DNA of 62,865 nt, filler included, from Rhabdomonas costata (lineage: Eukaryota): assembly GCA_019059605.1 (NCBI GenBank). It is 41 parts of 41 records of this genome, joined end to end, with 100 filler letters (N's around TTAATTAATTAA, not from the genome) between each part and the next. Parts side by side here need not be neighbours in the genome. Positions count along the whole stretch, not along the records: positions 49,156 to 50,590 come from JAHMHO010016022.1; positions 50,691 to 52,126 come from JAHMHO010016023.1; positions 52,227 to 53,662 come from JAHMHO010016024.1; positions 53,763 to 55,197 come from JAHMHO010016025.1; positions 55,298 to 56,733 come from JAHMHO010016026.1; positions 56,834 to 58,268 come from JAHMHO010016027.1; positions 58,369 to 59,803 come from JAHMHO010016028.1; positions 59,904 to 61,330 come from JAHMHO010016029.1; 33 more parts are not named here. The stretch is one strand, 5' to 3'. Below are positions 50,501-62,865 of this stretch, piece after piece. The position numbers and the translations under genes are program-made. Under the pieces are notes generated by a model. It was not told the DNA's origin, searched no databases, and was given only the letters and a program-made list of their open reading frames with translations. The first letter of the stretch is position 1; each line of letters opens with the position of its first letter.

Positions 50501-51507
50501 GCAAAGCAGCAGTTTTCAGGCGCTAAGCAAAAAACAGTCGATTAGGGTCCACTTTTTGCCCGTTTTCAACATGCTTGATGATGTTCTGTTNNNNNNNNNN
50601 NNNNNNNNNNNNNNNNNNNNNNNNNNNNNNNNNNTTAATTAATTAANNNNNNNNNNNNNNNNNNNNNNNNNNNNNNNNNNNNNNNNNNNNCAGAGTGGGC
50701 GTCTCAGTCTTCCCTCGTTTTTCGCCGGTTTTGGCCATTTTGCCTGGTTTTGGCTCATTTTGCCCCCATTTTAGCGCGTTTTTCACCAATAATTTAACCT
50801 CCCTTCCCCATATGATCAATGTTAGATTCGAACCTAGAATGGCAGCAGTAGGCCCCTCCCGGCCCTGCACTTTTTGGGGTCCAACATTGACCGATGGAGG
50901 AACGAGAGGAAAGGGCAACGAGATGCAGAACTATTGTCCATTTTAAGCCCCTTTTTATTTCGAGTTTTGTATGTTGCTAACTCTCTCCTTCTCTCGTTCA
51001 ATTTTTGGTTGTGCTCGTCGTTCTCTGTTGTGTTTCACTCCTTGGTCGTGGTGTCGTAAACTCCATGTGCCAAACCCCTGCTCCCCCAAGTTCTACCGCT
51101 CCATGCAGAATAACCGTCCATCTACCCTAAGCTGGGTATTCTACCAAGGTGGCCTCTGAGACCCGGGGCCATGCACCACTCACCATAAAACCGAACAAGG
51201 ATCGTGTTCTTTATGGGGCTTGGAGCGCGTACTTTCTGTTGCCTTCGTGCGGTGTACCACCACAAGTGATTGCCCTTGGTTGCTTTCCTGTGTAAATTTA
51301 CTGCTTTGGGCTGCACACGCACGAGGGGTTGGTTAAAGGGTTAAAACCTCTCTCCAGAGTTGTGGCCGATATGGTCGGCAATCATTGGAGTGCTGCTCTA
51401 AACCGCTCAGCCGATGCACCAGTCATCAGTAGTTAGCGACGCTACTCATCGTATCGCATCATATCGCATGGGCTATTTGTGCATGTTTTCTGGGCGCAGT
51501 CCCACAG

Positions 51508-51994
51508 GTGCTCAGTGCAAGCAAGGCCGCGGGAGAATGCCAGGAGGCGCAGCTTCATTTGGGGGAGAAGGTCCATGCGTGTTCGCCTTTTGCGATTGCA
51601 GTGGGCGGTGAATCATTGTTGTGCATTTTCGGTCCGGCACTCCACTTCCAGTGCCCCCTGGATGATGACTACTTCTGGCTAAGGACTCGCCATGCCTGGA
51701 AGGAGCGGCCGGAGCGGGCGGCTGGAGCGGTGACGTGACCTGGGGGGCCTATATCAACTTTTATATTTTTCTCCCATAATGAAAATTGTTACCACTGGTA
51801 AATGTTACCTCTGTTTTATGGCGTATCCAAAATGCCTTTGCGCCAGTATTGGGAAAGTTTGTGCCCCTCAGGAGTTTCGGTGGATGTTGAACGAGGACGC
51901 TTTGGCCACCGAAAAGCTTGCTGAGGGGATTCGCGCCTTCGCGCGCGATGCCCGAAAGCTGGAGGAAATTCTGCTGAACAAGCTTCGAGCGTAA
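51508..51994 (+). CDS. TALDO1: Transaldolase, last 2 exons (51508-51570, 51872-51994)
   Basis: [61 protein letters not shown] matches the FRWxxNEDxxAxEKLxEGIRxFAxDxxKLE C-terminus of TalB-type transaldolases; phase-0 GT-AG intron. Confidence 0.95.
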
Positions 51995-54251
51995 TGTTTC
52001 TTGGACTGGGACCAGTCCTTGCCGTTGGTGCAGCCAGCGGGCAGTATGAATGGGTAACAAGCTTTGCATTTCATTGGTACCACTGAGAAGCTTGTGCGGT
52101 TTTGTACACTAGTGGTACACCACACANNNNNNNNNNNNNNNNNNNNNNNNNNNNNNNNNNNNNNNNNNNNTTAATTAATTAANNNNNNNNNNNNNNNNNN
52201 NNNNNNNNNNNNNNNNNNNNNNNNNNGCGCAGCAATAATGACTACTACCGATGTGGAAATAGCACAGCTCAATGAAAGAAGGGACCTGTAGCCAATCCCG
52301 GGTCCTAATCTCTGGCCTCTGGGTGCGCCGACTTTCATGAACTTATAGGGATAGAGTCACAATTTCGAAACCCGTGTCGCAAAGAAATGACAGGGAAAGA
52401 TTGCTGAACTGAATAAGCTGTGCATGTTAGCAGTGCCCTGTAGGCTGGTAACAGGATATTGGCCAAGCAGATTCAAAAAAGTCTTTGATATATATTTCTG
52501 TGGCACCACATCATTTCCCTGAGTTTTTGGGGCACAAGCACCCATACCACACAAAGGTTTTAGGTTCTCTGGGGTCGGACAGTGCAGCCATCATAACCAT
52601 CAAGAGGTGAGAGGCCACAATTTGCACACAAAGAGAGTTGAGAGGGGAGGGGAACGGTCATAATTCATCAGGAAGGTAGGTAACAGCAGGGCAGAAAGGG
52701 CTGACGTGAATGCACGTCTCAAGTCTCAACACACGCAGACCCGTGAAAAAGCAAAAAAGAACTTCGCGCTCCAACTTTCAACATGAAGTAAACCATCGAC
52801 ACTGGATGTATAGAGCCCCATTGGAAAATGCAGGGCAACCGCAGCACTGAAAAACAGACAGATAGACCATTTATTTCCCCCTCCCTTTTCAAACCGGAGA
52901 ATTGCGTCTCCCTCACTGCAATGAAAGAGAGAAAGATCACAACCTACGAATGCAAAGGGTACGAACTGCTCCCTGTGTTGGGACAACGGACCCACTCCCT
53001 TAACTACACAAACGTACGCACGGGCGCAGACACACCCACCACCACACCACACCACACCACCCACCCATACACCTACCCACACCCACACCCACTGACACAT
53101 TGAGCTGCGCACAAAAAGCTAAGGGGGAACAGATAGAACAAGCAGTGAGAAGGCGACAGACGGACCTCAGATGTCTATCGTGTGATGCGAGCGGAAAGCA
53201 CGGGCAACAACGGTAAACAGGAAAGGCATTCTACTTCAGGCTGTCGCAGCCTCAACGTCAACCAGCTCACTGTGCGACTGAGAGTTACACAAATTGAAGT
53301 CACCCCAAGCTGATGTCTGCAACCGGGCGGAGTGGAGGGTAAAGTGATGTCTATTACCGCCCTGGAAGGCAGGCAAGGCAGAAAGCTGCAATGACACACG
53401 GGCACAAAACAAACAACGCCACCCACACGTGGAGGCACATGGCCGAGGATTCTCAACACATCCCTGGAAACTACCCACACACACCCAAACCCAAACCCAC
53501 TCAAACCCACACCCACCCACACCTACCTACCCACACAAGTCACAGCAGCCCAAAAACAACGACAGAGAGCGGGCCCACCCCACCTCACCCCACGCGTTGT
53601 CTCGAACAAAACCTCTGATGAAAGCCATGATATCCGCACACCACCAGAAGGAAAGTAAGAACNNNNNNNNNNNNNNNNNNNNNNNNNNNNNNNNNNNNNN
53701 NNNNNNTTAATTAATTAANNNNNNNNNNNNNNNNNNNNNNNNNNNNNNNNNNNNNNNNNNNNGTGTGGGTGTGTTTGGGTTGTGGTTGAAGCGGACAATT
53801 TGGTGCCGGAAGTGGGTTAAAAAGAATGTTTGCTTGGTGCGGTTGTTTCATACAAAGATCGGTTGCGGCAAAGGTTGTTCAAAATGGCGTAAAGAAAGGT
53901 TGAGCAGCAGCGTTGCTTGACCTTTGGAGCATCTCCTTCCGTGCTTTTTTTTTGCAGGCGTTGTGGTGGAGGTTCTATCGTTCACGTGCTGCGAGCCCTT
54001 CAATCTGCAGCGCAGGATTGTACTGCACCATCCAAAGGTTTTTGTTCAGTGCTAATGTTCCTCTCCCCCCCCCCCCAGCATTTTCAGTTGGGTACAGCTC
54101 ACTGCAAATGTACGAAGGAGTGCTTTGGGGGGGGGGCGTCTCTTTTTTCGGGTTGAGTGAAAACCGTCTTTGAAGAGCAGAGCCTGGCTCCCAGTTCTCT
54201 TCCATTCCGTACTGCCCCCCGCCCCATCGGTCACGCCATGCTTGCTTTCAG

Positions 54252-54474
54252 GCACCTGTCGGGGGTACCTGTCAAGGCCTTCCCAGCGATGATGCGCCTC
54301 GGGTTCTCTTCGACGGAAAGGCCTCTGTGCTGGTTGGGGACGGGACGGGCCGCGTGGCCTTCTCTGAGGGAGTCCCTTTGCTGCGGGGTCCAACCCTGGC
54401 GGGCGCCTCGCGGCTTCGCCGGCGGTTCACCGTTCTGGACGAGGACTCCACCACCTCTTCCCTGAACAGCGCTG
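54252..54474 (+). CDS. Putative internal exon of an unknown protein
   Basis: TTTCAG|APVGGTCQGLPSDDAPRVLFDGKASVLVGDGTGRVAFSEG...LNSA|GT, GC-rich and open. Confidence 0.4.
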
Positions 54475-55789
54475 GTGTGGGGCGGTCGCGACTGTGCCTG
54501 TACCACTCCTGGCTCCTCCTGTGGGAGATTGACGCGCCATCGTTCTAATGAAATGATGAGCGAATGTGAAAAAAAAAGCTGCGTTACACCGATTAGTCTT
54601 TCGAGTGGATCGAGGCTTCTTTTCAACCATACAGCGGATGTATATATAGCACACTGGGGAGCAGTTGGATTGAGGATGGAGGTTCAAAGGCAGAACTGCT
54701 CACCGCGCTGTGCACAGACGTGGGTTTCGCGCATTTACGTAATTGAATGGAGAGCGTTTTTCCAGGGAGATGCGGAGAACTTTTCATTCCTTTTCTTCAT
54801 TCCTCCTGGTGCTAGATTTTGTATGGATTTTGCCCGAAGACCAGATAAGTTCGTTGTACGAGCCTGCAGCCGTTATTACAGTAGAGTACAGGACCCCACA
54901 CTCACCTCAAATCCGTCCCTTTCTTCTTATGTGGCCCCCTTACTCATCATGCCCGTCCCTGGCCACACTCCACTCCCTCGGAGATTCGCTGCGCTTTAAC
55001 TCCATTTTTGCATCTTTCAACAGCAGGTCTTTCTCGTTTTCGTGTAGTCTTTCCTCAGGTCGGCTGTTTCCCTCCCGACTTAACCCCAACACGCTGTCCC
55101 CTTCCGGCAGCATATCTTGTCATCAGCAAGCAGTCAGTCTTTCAAATAAATAGCAGAACTCCCCAACGAACTTATCTGGTCTTCGGGCAAAACCCACNNN
55201 NNNNNNNNNNNNNNNNNNNNNNNNNNNNNNNNNNNNNNNNNTTAATTAATTAANNNNNNNNNNNNNNNNNNNNNNNNNNNNNNNNNNNNNNNNNNNNGCT
55301 GCCCCTCTACTCTCGGTCCCCTGTCTTTCGTCATGAACAAGGAAAATTTCTCAAAGAGGGGTGGTTGTTCGTTGATGTTGATGCCCTGATAATGTCAAAG
55401 TTAAATGGAGAGAGTGTCCAATTTGGGATGCCAGACAAAATTTCGCTGAGGCCCAAACTTTCTACTTTATAGCTCCACATACTGGACACAAAACGTTCCA
55501 GGAGCCTTCCCTAAATACATCACATTTTTTGAGATGGACAATTCAGATTAAAATAAAAAACCACCTAGCCCAAGAAAACAGCAGCAGAAGATCACTTTGA
55601 ATCTAACTTTTTAATATTTTCCTTCCTTCTTCCGTGTGAATGTGCTTCTTGTGCCTCCACTTTCTTCGTTCTTGTGCGTCTTATCATCCCTCCGCCGTCG
55701 CGTGGTTGGTTTTCCTCCGCCGCCGCCATCGCCGCCCATTGTCCTTCCTTCCTACGATACGCGTTGTGGTGCTACCGTTCTCTAACTCC

Positions 55790-56652
55790 CTGAAGGCGAA
55801 CGGCGACACCATCCGCTCGGAGGTGGGTACTCAACAGGGAGACGTGTGCGGCGCGCTGTTCTTTGCTGTGACGCTTCAGGCCGCCCTGCGGGACGTGCTG
55901 GATGCCTTGCCCTGGGCAGCTTTCTACCTGGACGATCGCTATCTATGCGACCCCGCGGACCTTCTTGGCCGAGCTCTAACGGATATGGAGGCTCGAGCTT
56001 CCGCCATTGGCCTGAAGCTCCATCGCGCAAAGTGCCGGCTCTGGGGCCCCGATTCTAGTACATTTCAGCATCCTGGTCTGCAGGACATGCTGCGCGTGGA
56101 CTGGGGCTAGGGCCGTGTCGTGCTCTCATCTCGACGACGCTGTTCGCTCCCTCCTGGACAGTTGCGCGGAGGTCGCCGCCCCGCTTGCACGCCTTTGGCT
56201 GTCTGGCCAGTTGTCAAGCCTCCTGTCACATCATGGCGGAGTGCTGGCAGAGCCAGAAGGCCTGGAGTGACGCTGCGGATCATGTCCGCGCCCAACGGTT
56301 CGACCGCGACGCCTCCAACCGGTTGGCTACCTTGCGCCTCATACAGTCCTACCTGCCCACACGCCGGATCATGGCTCACGATTCTTCCAGGTGCGGGTGG
56401 CTCCGATCCGTTCTCGGTGTCTGCCTTTCAAGCGCTGCTGCTGTTTCGGTGCGGTATTCCCTTCCCAGCCCACACCGCCTGCGGCGGCTGCTCTGCCATA
56501 ATGGACACCTTCGGCGATCACGCCCTTTGCTGCTGCTACTGCTGTGGGCTCTACTCCCGCCACAACCGGCTTCGTGATGCTCTCGCCGACGAGTTCAAGC
56601 AGGCTGGGTTCCAGGTCACCACCGAAGAGCCCTTGCCGGGTGCTTTCCAGCG
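55790..56652 (+). mobile_element. Degenerate CRE-clade non-LTR retrotransposon (RT domains 4-7, CCHC knuckle, start of restriction-like endonuclease)
   Basis: TIRSEVGTQQGDVCGALFFAVTLQ...AFYLDD...AIGLKLHRAKC (RT), stop at 56108-56110, QKAWSDAADH in another frame, then AGSWLTILP...FQALLLFRCGIP...CGGCSAIMDTFGDHALC...RHNRLRDAL...AGFQVTTE. Contains frameshifts and an apparent internal deletion, and ends before the expected RPxD motif. Confidence 0.9.
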
Positions 56653-58967
56653 CTGTTTTCCTGGCCATCGGGGCTGACAGCCTGCCGAACGCCAGGGACG
56701 CGAGCTCCGCTGTGTTCCTCTGCCCTTCCCTCTNNNNNNNNNNNNNNNNNNNNNNNNNNNNNNNNNNNNNNNNNNNNTTAATTAATTAANNNNNNNNNNN
56801 NNNNNNNNNNNNNNNNNNNNNNNNNNNNNNNNNGTGTTGGGTCTGTATGAGGTTGGAGGAAGACATGCATCGGCATAAGTGCATTTATGGGCACGCCCTA
56901 TCAAGTGCATTTATGGCCCCAAATGCACTAGCGCCCATGCATCTTTTCCCCTGTCCGCTGGTGGGGGTCACCAAACAGAAGGAACACATTGAATCCTGCG
57001 GTTGGTGTGTCACGGTTACAAAGCGAAAGGAGGGGAACTGTTTATTGGGAGCATCGCGTGCTGTCGGATGCAGAGCTGGGGTCTCGAATTTCGGCGCTTG
57101 TGACCTGCAAAGGTGCCTTGCAGTCCGCTGGCTGTGGTGGTGCGCATACACTTGATAAAAGCAGTCCCCGCACGTGCTAACCAATAGGGAAAAACCAGTG
57201 GCTTGGGGACGTGTGGCACTCTGAAACCAACCAAGGATGTGCCCTTCGGTGCGGGTCATTGTTGCCTGCAAGCGGTTTGAAGTTGAGTGATGTCAGAAGC
57301 AAAGCAGGGCGAGACGCAGGCAGAGCGAAGGATGGAACAACGAAGGTGAGGGGAGGGTCCGTACCCAAGCCGAGGCCGAAGACTGGGTTCCGTCCGAGGG
57401 GTCAGAAGGGAGGGGTTCACCCCAACCGAGCTGTCGACGGAGGGCTTGCGGCGTGGCCCCACCATTCTCAACACAGAAAAGGAAAATGAGGAGAGAGGAG
57501 CGATTAACTCGTCTTTTGGGGGTTACGTCATGAAACAGTCCGAACAAACAGATAGACCGAGCAAAAGCTTCAAGCACATCGAGTGCCGCATTATGGCATC
57601 TGCAGGAAAAAGTGTCACAGACACACATACGCTCGCCCTCCAGCTGTTGACACGAAGGCAGGGGGATCGCATCGAAAAGTTACACTTGCGGGTTGGAGCT
57701 CATCACAGGTGGAATGGTCGTGCTGCTACGCTGCGTCTACACACCTTCCCAGTCTCTTGTCGCGTCTCAATCCCTTAGTTAAGGCATCTCAAGAGATCGG
57801 GTTTTGGTCCATTTCGATTCTTCGACTTAGGTGTACTTGCAAGTGCGGATGCATAGTCACCGGCTTCTTCTCCGTTCTCGGGAGACCATGTGGGAAATAA
57901 CTCAGCGAGTACGACGACAATCGCAGCCCGAACAAGCGCCACTAGACTACACAAGGTAGATGCTGGGAAACTCATCGAACGAAAAAAAAAAATAGAAATT
58001 CATGTGCACACCTCTGCGATGTCCACACAACGCTCACTTATTGACAAGGGAAGTGTAGCGGTACTGCTCTACTGCAAAGAAAGAAAGGTATGATGGGCAC
58101 GGCAATGTGTTTTTGTGATACTGGTTCCACTGTCTCGAATGGTTTGCATAACTCTGTCAACCAGAGAAAGACAAATTCAATATTCATGTGTATCGTATTT
58201 TCGGCGTTTCCAATGATTCGCAAAAATTCATATACGAGTGAGGACAACAACAACCAAACACACCCACANNNNNNNNNNNNNNNNNNNNNNNNNNNNNNNN
58301 NNNNNNNNNNNNTTAATTAATTAANNNNNNNNNNNNNNNNNNNNNNNNNNNNNNNNNNNNNNNNNNNNGGGGGTGTGTGAGGGAAGAAAGGAACCCTGCA
58401 GTACATGCGGAGAGTCGCTGATCGTTTTTATGAGAGGAAGGGGGCATCGCGCCGGAAAGAACTGCAACCATTGCCGGAGCCACCGAAATGTCACTCAGAA
58501 GCCCTCTGCGTTAGTGGACGGAGCATTTGTTCAGCTTTTGTTCGCGCTGCCTGCATTGCGCCGTTACGGGATAATGATCGTAAGAATGTTTCCTTCGGAA
58601 AACCCTTCGCTTCTTCGCCCACCAGCAAAAAGAGGACCAGACGCTTCCAATGACCTTACTAGCACTTGCACAAGCCATTAGGAGCAATGTCACGCAGGGA
58701 GGAAATAAAGAGAAGAGGTGACAGAGGAGAAGGCAGGCTGATACAGAAGAACTGCAGTAACCTTGGCACGCCCCTCAACGGGAGTGCGATATCCATAACA
58801 GGGCCTGAATGTTTCTTTTGATGGCAATTTATCAGGTCCACCTGCGCTGCTTTTTTGATTGATGAGCTCTCTCTCTCCATTCTCCTTCAATTTTTTCAGC
58901 GGCAATGGAAACCCTTCCGAGGAGAGTGCTTTTCCGCGGTGACAAGTTGTCCTTTTTTTGTTAACAG

Positions 58968-59024
58968 GCTGCCCGTACGAAGTGACTACTGCGACGCATG
59001 GTGGCAGGCCTGCCAGAACGATCT
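58968..59024 (+). CDS. Exon with a folate-receptor-family-like Cys motif
   Basis: AACAG|LPVRSDYCDAWWQACQNDL|GTATGT resembles PlCxxxCxxWWxxCxxD of Folate_rec domains (first Cys absent); only 57 nt. Confidence 0.5.
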
Positions 59025-60092
59025 GTATGTCGGAATACAGAAGGGGATTTCCTCTGCTTTAGGACTTAAGCAATATACCCCCCGACTGAAGCGGAGTCTC
59101 AGATTTGATGCGAAGCTGAGTGTGCGCGCGTTTTAAGGTGCGCCAATGATGGGGGAGCGGAATCCCCTACCGACATCTCCCTCCTTAAGCCTTTCTGAAG
59201 GCGCTGTGTGGGGTTTATTGTGTTGTGTGGACCAGATGCATGGACTCCATGCACCTGGCTGGCGGGCTTGCGTCCAGCGCCCTGAGGAGAAGCCCACACG
59301 CACATACTCACTCAGGGCCGGTATATCACCAAATCCGAACCATCTTGTTACCACCAACGGGAATCAACCGTACCTGCAGGCGTACCAACGCTGAGAAGAT
59401 TCAGGGTAAGAGGACAGGAAGAGGCAGCATTGCAATCATAGAAATGAATTGGCTCCGCAACGCCTGCAGATTCCATTGCCCGTTTACTATATCCGAAAGA
59501 AAAGCTCAAAGGTGCGTTTCAAAGAGATATGGCTCATGAGGGAGGTTCAGAGACTATGGCGCTGCTCACTCCGAAGGGTACCTCTCGAGCACCCGGCAGT
59601 CCACAGCGGTCACCAACAGTCAGTCATGCAACATCCACCCCGCTTTGCGCCCAACACACACACACACATGTATGGCCGTTCCCTTTCCGTCAAACCTTCG
59701 CTCAGTCATACCTTGTACCAGTTTTCCCTGTATGATATGTTGAAAGGTGGGTTATAAGTCATCTGTCTATATTGGCCCTGTTTGGAACGGTCCCTCAACC
59801 CACNNNNNNNNNNNNNNNNNNNNNNNNNNNNNNNNNNNNNNNNNNNNTTAATTAATTAANNNNNNNNNNNNNNNNNNNNNNNNNNNNNNNNNNNNNNNNN
59901 NNNTGTGTTGGGTAGGAGAAGCAGTCCGAGCCGGCTCTTTCAACCTTCTTTCTAGGTTTAAAGAGCCGGCTCGGACTGCTTCTCCTACTAAACATGCTAA
60001 GCAGGGTTTGCCATGCTGAGGTAGAGAGAAAAGGATGGGGGGGGGGGTATATGCGAATTCCTTGCGATAGAGCGAGAGGCCGTGGAGACGAC

Positions 60093-60280
60093 CTGGCTAG
60101 CATCGAGCGAATGAAGCACCGCTGCCTCTGCACAAAGGTAAAGTACTCCCCGCTGTTGAGGGTATCCGCGTTGAAGTGGAACCACGCCCCAAACTTGTGC
60201 AGGTCCACGGAGTTCAGCACGGTCCACATCACCAGTCTCATGAAGGCGTCACAAGCAAAGAGGCAGTTCAGAGCCTCGAC
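60093..60280 (-). CDS. Internal exon of an uncharacterised protein
   Basis: TTCTCAG|VEALNCLFACDAFMRLVMWTVLNSVDLHKFGAWFHFNADTLNSGEYFTFVQRQRCFIRSMLA|GT with strong GC3 bias. A further upstream exon probably lies at ~61273-61330 (LAASYASRSQRSFPSWQL|GTGCGT). Confidence 0.65.
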
Positions 60281-62865
60281 CTGAGAAAGGATGTGCAGCC
60301 CCTAAAACTGCAAACAAGCAAAAAGAACCTTTCAGTCCATGCTCGCACTTAAAATGTCGTCTCCGCTTTCCACTGTTCTGCTAAACGGAAAAAAGGAGGG
60401 GAATTGTAGATGCGCACGTGCAGGGAATGCGCGGGCAAGAGAAGGTTGGGGGCGAGGTTTTGGAAGATGTGATGCAGGAGGTGAAGAAACCGGGTGGCGT
60501 TGGGACTGTGGCGGTGGCCATCCGCCTGCAGTGGATGCATCCCGCTTGCAACAACTTTTCTATCCTTTCTCAAACGGCCATCCATTGTTGCACAAGATCC
60601 TCGGCTTCAAGCAAGCAATACCTGGGCCCGCCCGGAGTGGCTCCACAGCAGCGCAAACACCACGCTCTCCGGCACTATGTACGCCAGAAAGACCCGGATG
60701 CACCGCAGGTGAAGTTGGAACGCCCCATAGCTGAGAAAGCGGAAAGAGAGGGGAGGAGATACAAACGTCATGGGGACCGAGCGGGGGGGGGGGCGCCAGG
60801 CCCCGCTTCGGCTCAAACTCATGCTGACTGCTGACAAAAAAGTTTGGCCGGGCCGCTGCCCGGATGCCGTGTACGCAGCGGTCCGACAGGGTCGGACCCA
60901 TGGCCCCCAATGTACTAAATAAGTACAAGACACCACGGCAAAGTAGAAAAAGACGACCAGAGTCCGGTCTATCAGGGGGGTGGGAGAGAGGCCTAAAGCC
61001 CGAAGCGCACGCGTGCACTTGAACCCGGCTACCAAGAAGGAGCATACACGCAATGGGACACCGCCCCATTTTAGGCTCTGTCCCCTCATTGCCGTTCTAA
61101 AAGTGCATGCCGGTGTTAAATGGAGGGTGAAAAGTACCTGTAAGCTTTCAAGCTTTCGCCTCCTTTGACACACTTTTTACGGGTCATTACACTACACTGT
61201 CAGGAATTCGTAGATGGATTTGCAGGCACAGCGGCAGCTGTTCTGATGCACGCCCCCCTCCCCTCCACGCACCCGAGCTGCCAGCTGGGGAAGCTGCGCT
61301 GGCTGCGGCTGGCGTAGGACGCGGCCAGGANNNNNNNNNNNNNNNNNNNNNNNNNNNNNNNNNNNNNNNNNNNNTTAATTAATTAANNNNNNNNNNNNNN
61401 NNNNNNNNNNNNNNNNNNNNNNNNNNNNNNGTTTGTTTTTTCTTCTGCATTTGGCGGCACCTTGTCCCGCGAGTCGCTGGAAATTTTCAAAGTGAATTGT
61501 GGCGGGCAAGCTTTTTTAGGGTTGAGCTTCCTCGGAACAAGAGGTGGTTTGAGAATGACGAAGTAGTCGTGTGTGGGTGTACACATGGGTGTACTAGGAT
61601 TTGCGAATTGTGTCGATGTGTGTGGGAGAAAGTGTAGTGGGTTGTGCACGGGTCTTCGGAGAAGCGGTCTTCTTTTTTCCATTCGTTTGTGTATGGATTC
61701 TGCCATTCCCACATTGGGACTGCCCTCCTGGTTGTGGTACCAACTGGAGAGGGGAGGGGTGCCTGCCTCCCTGGCTTTCCATGTGCTTCTCCTGCCGCAC
61801 CCTTCGCGGACGGAAAAAGATTCCTTTCTTCGTTGCTCTCGTTCCTCTCAATCTCGTTGGTGTCTTCGTCACCGTTCTCCTTCCGAGAACTGTTCTTGCT
61901 GTGCCATTCCTTGTTCTTTTCTCTCTGGTGAAGAACTTTCAGGGTGTGCACTTTTTTTTTATGGAAAAGAGCCCACGGTTTGACGGGCTGTGCCCCAGTG
62001 TATATTGATGACCTTCATGCTGGGGGTTTCTGTCTGTGGCATTTTTCGTTGTCTCTTCCGGTGTTAGCATAGCAATTAAGGTGATTCGGGGTACCTTAAA
62101 ACCCGAGCGGAACCTGAGCCCTTTTTCGATTGCATCGTTTTGCATGGGCGATTCCCACCACAATGGACTCGTGAATGCTCCACACGGGGCACAGCTTGGT
62201 TTCAGAATGCCCTGATGACCTCTTAAATTGGCTTGACAAGATTACATAACCACGGAGTTGTTATGTAAAAACTCATCCCTGCGGAACCCGATTGGAACTC
62301 CGTTGCAGCTGCGCTGGCTTTCTGCCGGGACTCTGCGGGGCAAAACCAATTGAATTTTTTTCCTGGTTGTTCTGCGGGAGTGGCTACCGGCTTGCCTTGG
62401 GGGAGAGCAGCGTGCACAGAACCATCATCGTCATGCCTGCTCCAGTTGTACGTACATATCCGTGCTAAAAGCAGCACACGAGTCACTCTGTCACTGGGGG
62501 AGTTTTAAGGGTAGATTTCAATGCAAACCGTCGCCCTTTGCGTGGTGGGGTGGATATGAGGGGGATGGTTGTTGCACTTCTGGATGCCAGGGTTTTCTAC
62601 AGCCCTCATCTTGAGTCCTTCCCATTGCTGGCGTGTGTCCTACCTTTCTGGCTGCAGAATGGCGATCTCGCTGGTCCACTCGCCGTACTCCTTGGAAGGT
62701 CACGCCCGGCCCCTCGCCCTATTGTCCCAGCAGTTAGCGCGGAATGAGAGTTTGAACTGGTACCACTTGTGGGTACTGCATTCCCATTGTTTGGAATGCG
62801 TCTGTCGGTTTTCAGCAATTTTTTCGGCAGAACTCCGCGGAACTCCAAAAAGTGTCCACAAACCC

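Noticed and set aside
1437..61430. Regularly spaced TTAATTAATTAA with unique intervening sequence (array or CRISPR-like periodicity)
   Set aside because: Embedded in N runs; an artificial six-frame-stop linker between similarly sized contigs. ORFs ending in X...LIN are artefacts of it.
62005..62118. Possible box C/D snoRNA (TGATGA ... CTGA)
   Set aside because: Short boxes occur by chance; no terminal stem or recognisable rRNA guide.
1..62865. Operon, defence island or other multi-gene system made from neighbouring fragments (e.g. RT next to ATPase)
   Set aside because: Contigs are unlinked and eukaryotic, so adjacency carries no information. The RT is a non-LTR retrotransposon type, not a retron or DGR RT.

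Overview
This window is not one locus. It holds 41 unlinked short contigs (each about 1,427-1,441 nt, mostly ~1,436) joined by 40 artificial 100-nt spacers (44 N + TTAATTAATTAA + 44 N), so no gene-neighbourhood inference is valid across spacers. The DNA is from an intron-rich eukaryotic nuclear genome. It is most likely a euglenozoan/euglenid (inference from a PDEB-like GAF exon, short GT-AG and GC-AG exons and CRE-clade retroelements). Many contig ends carry G/T-only or A/C-only tails resembling whole-genome-amplification primer residue. Recognisable gene fragments: methionine aminopeptidase 1 (with a GC-AG intron), a GAF domain, a 5'-nucleotidase C-terminal domain, a PP2C phosphatase, two sAC/STAND-like P-loop ATPase fragments, transaldolase, a Thr-rich type I membrane protein, an F-box-like start, a beta-helix-like protein, a folate-receptor-like Cys motif, a MATH-like exon and a frameshifted transmembrane sensor N-terminus. 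The most notable biology is a dispersed, decayed CRE-like non-LTR retrotransposon family (at least 3 copies), a second LINE-like relic, a tandem duplication that copies a splice acceptor plus exon start, and an over-representation of cyclic-nucleotide signalling parts. I found no tRNA, rRNA, SL-RNA or CRISPR array, and no convincing complete novel multi-gene system. All homology calls are by eye from motifs, not from database searches.
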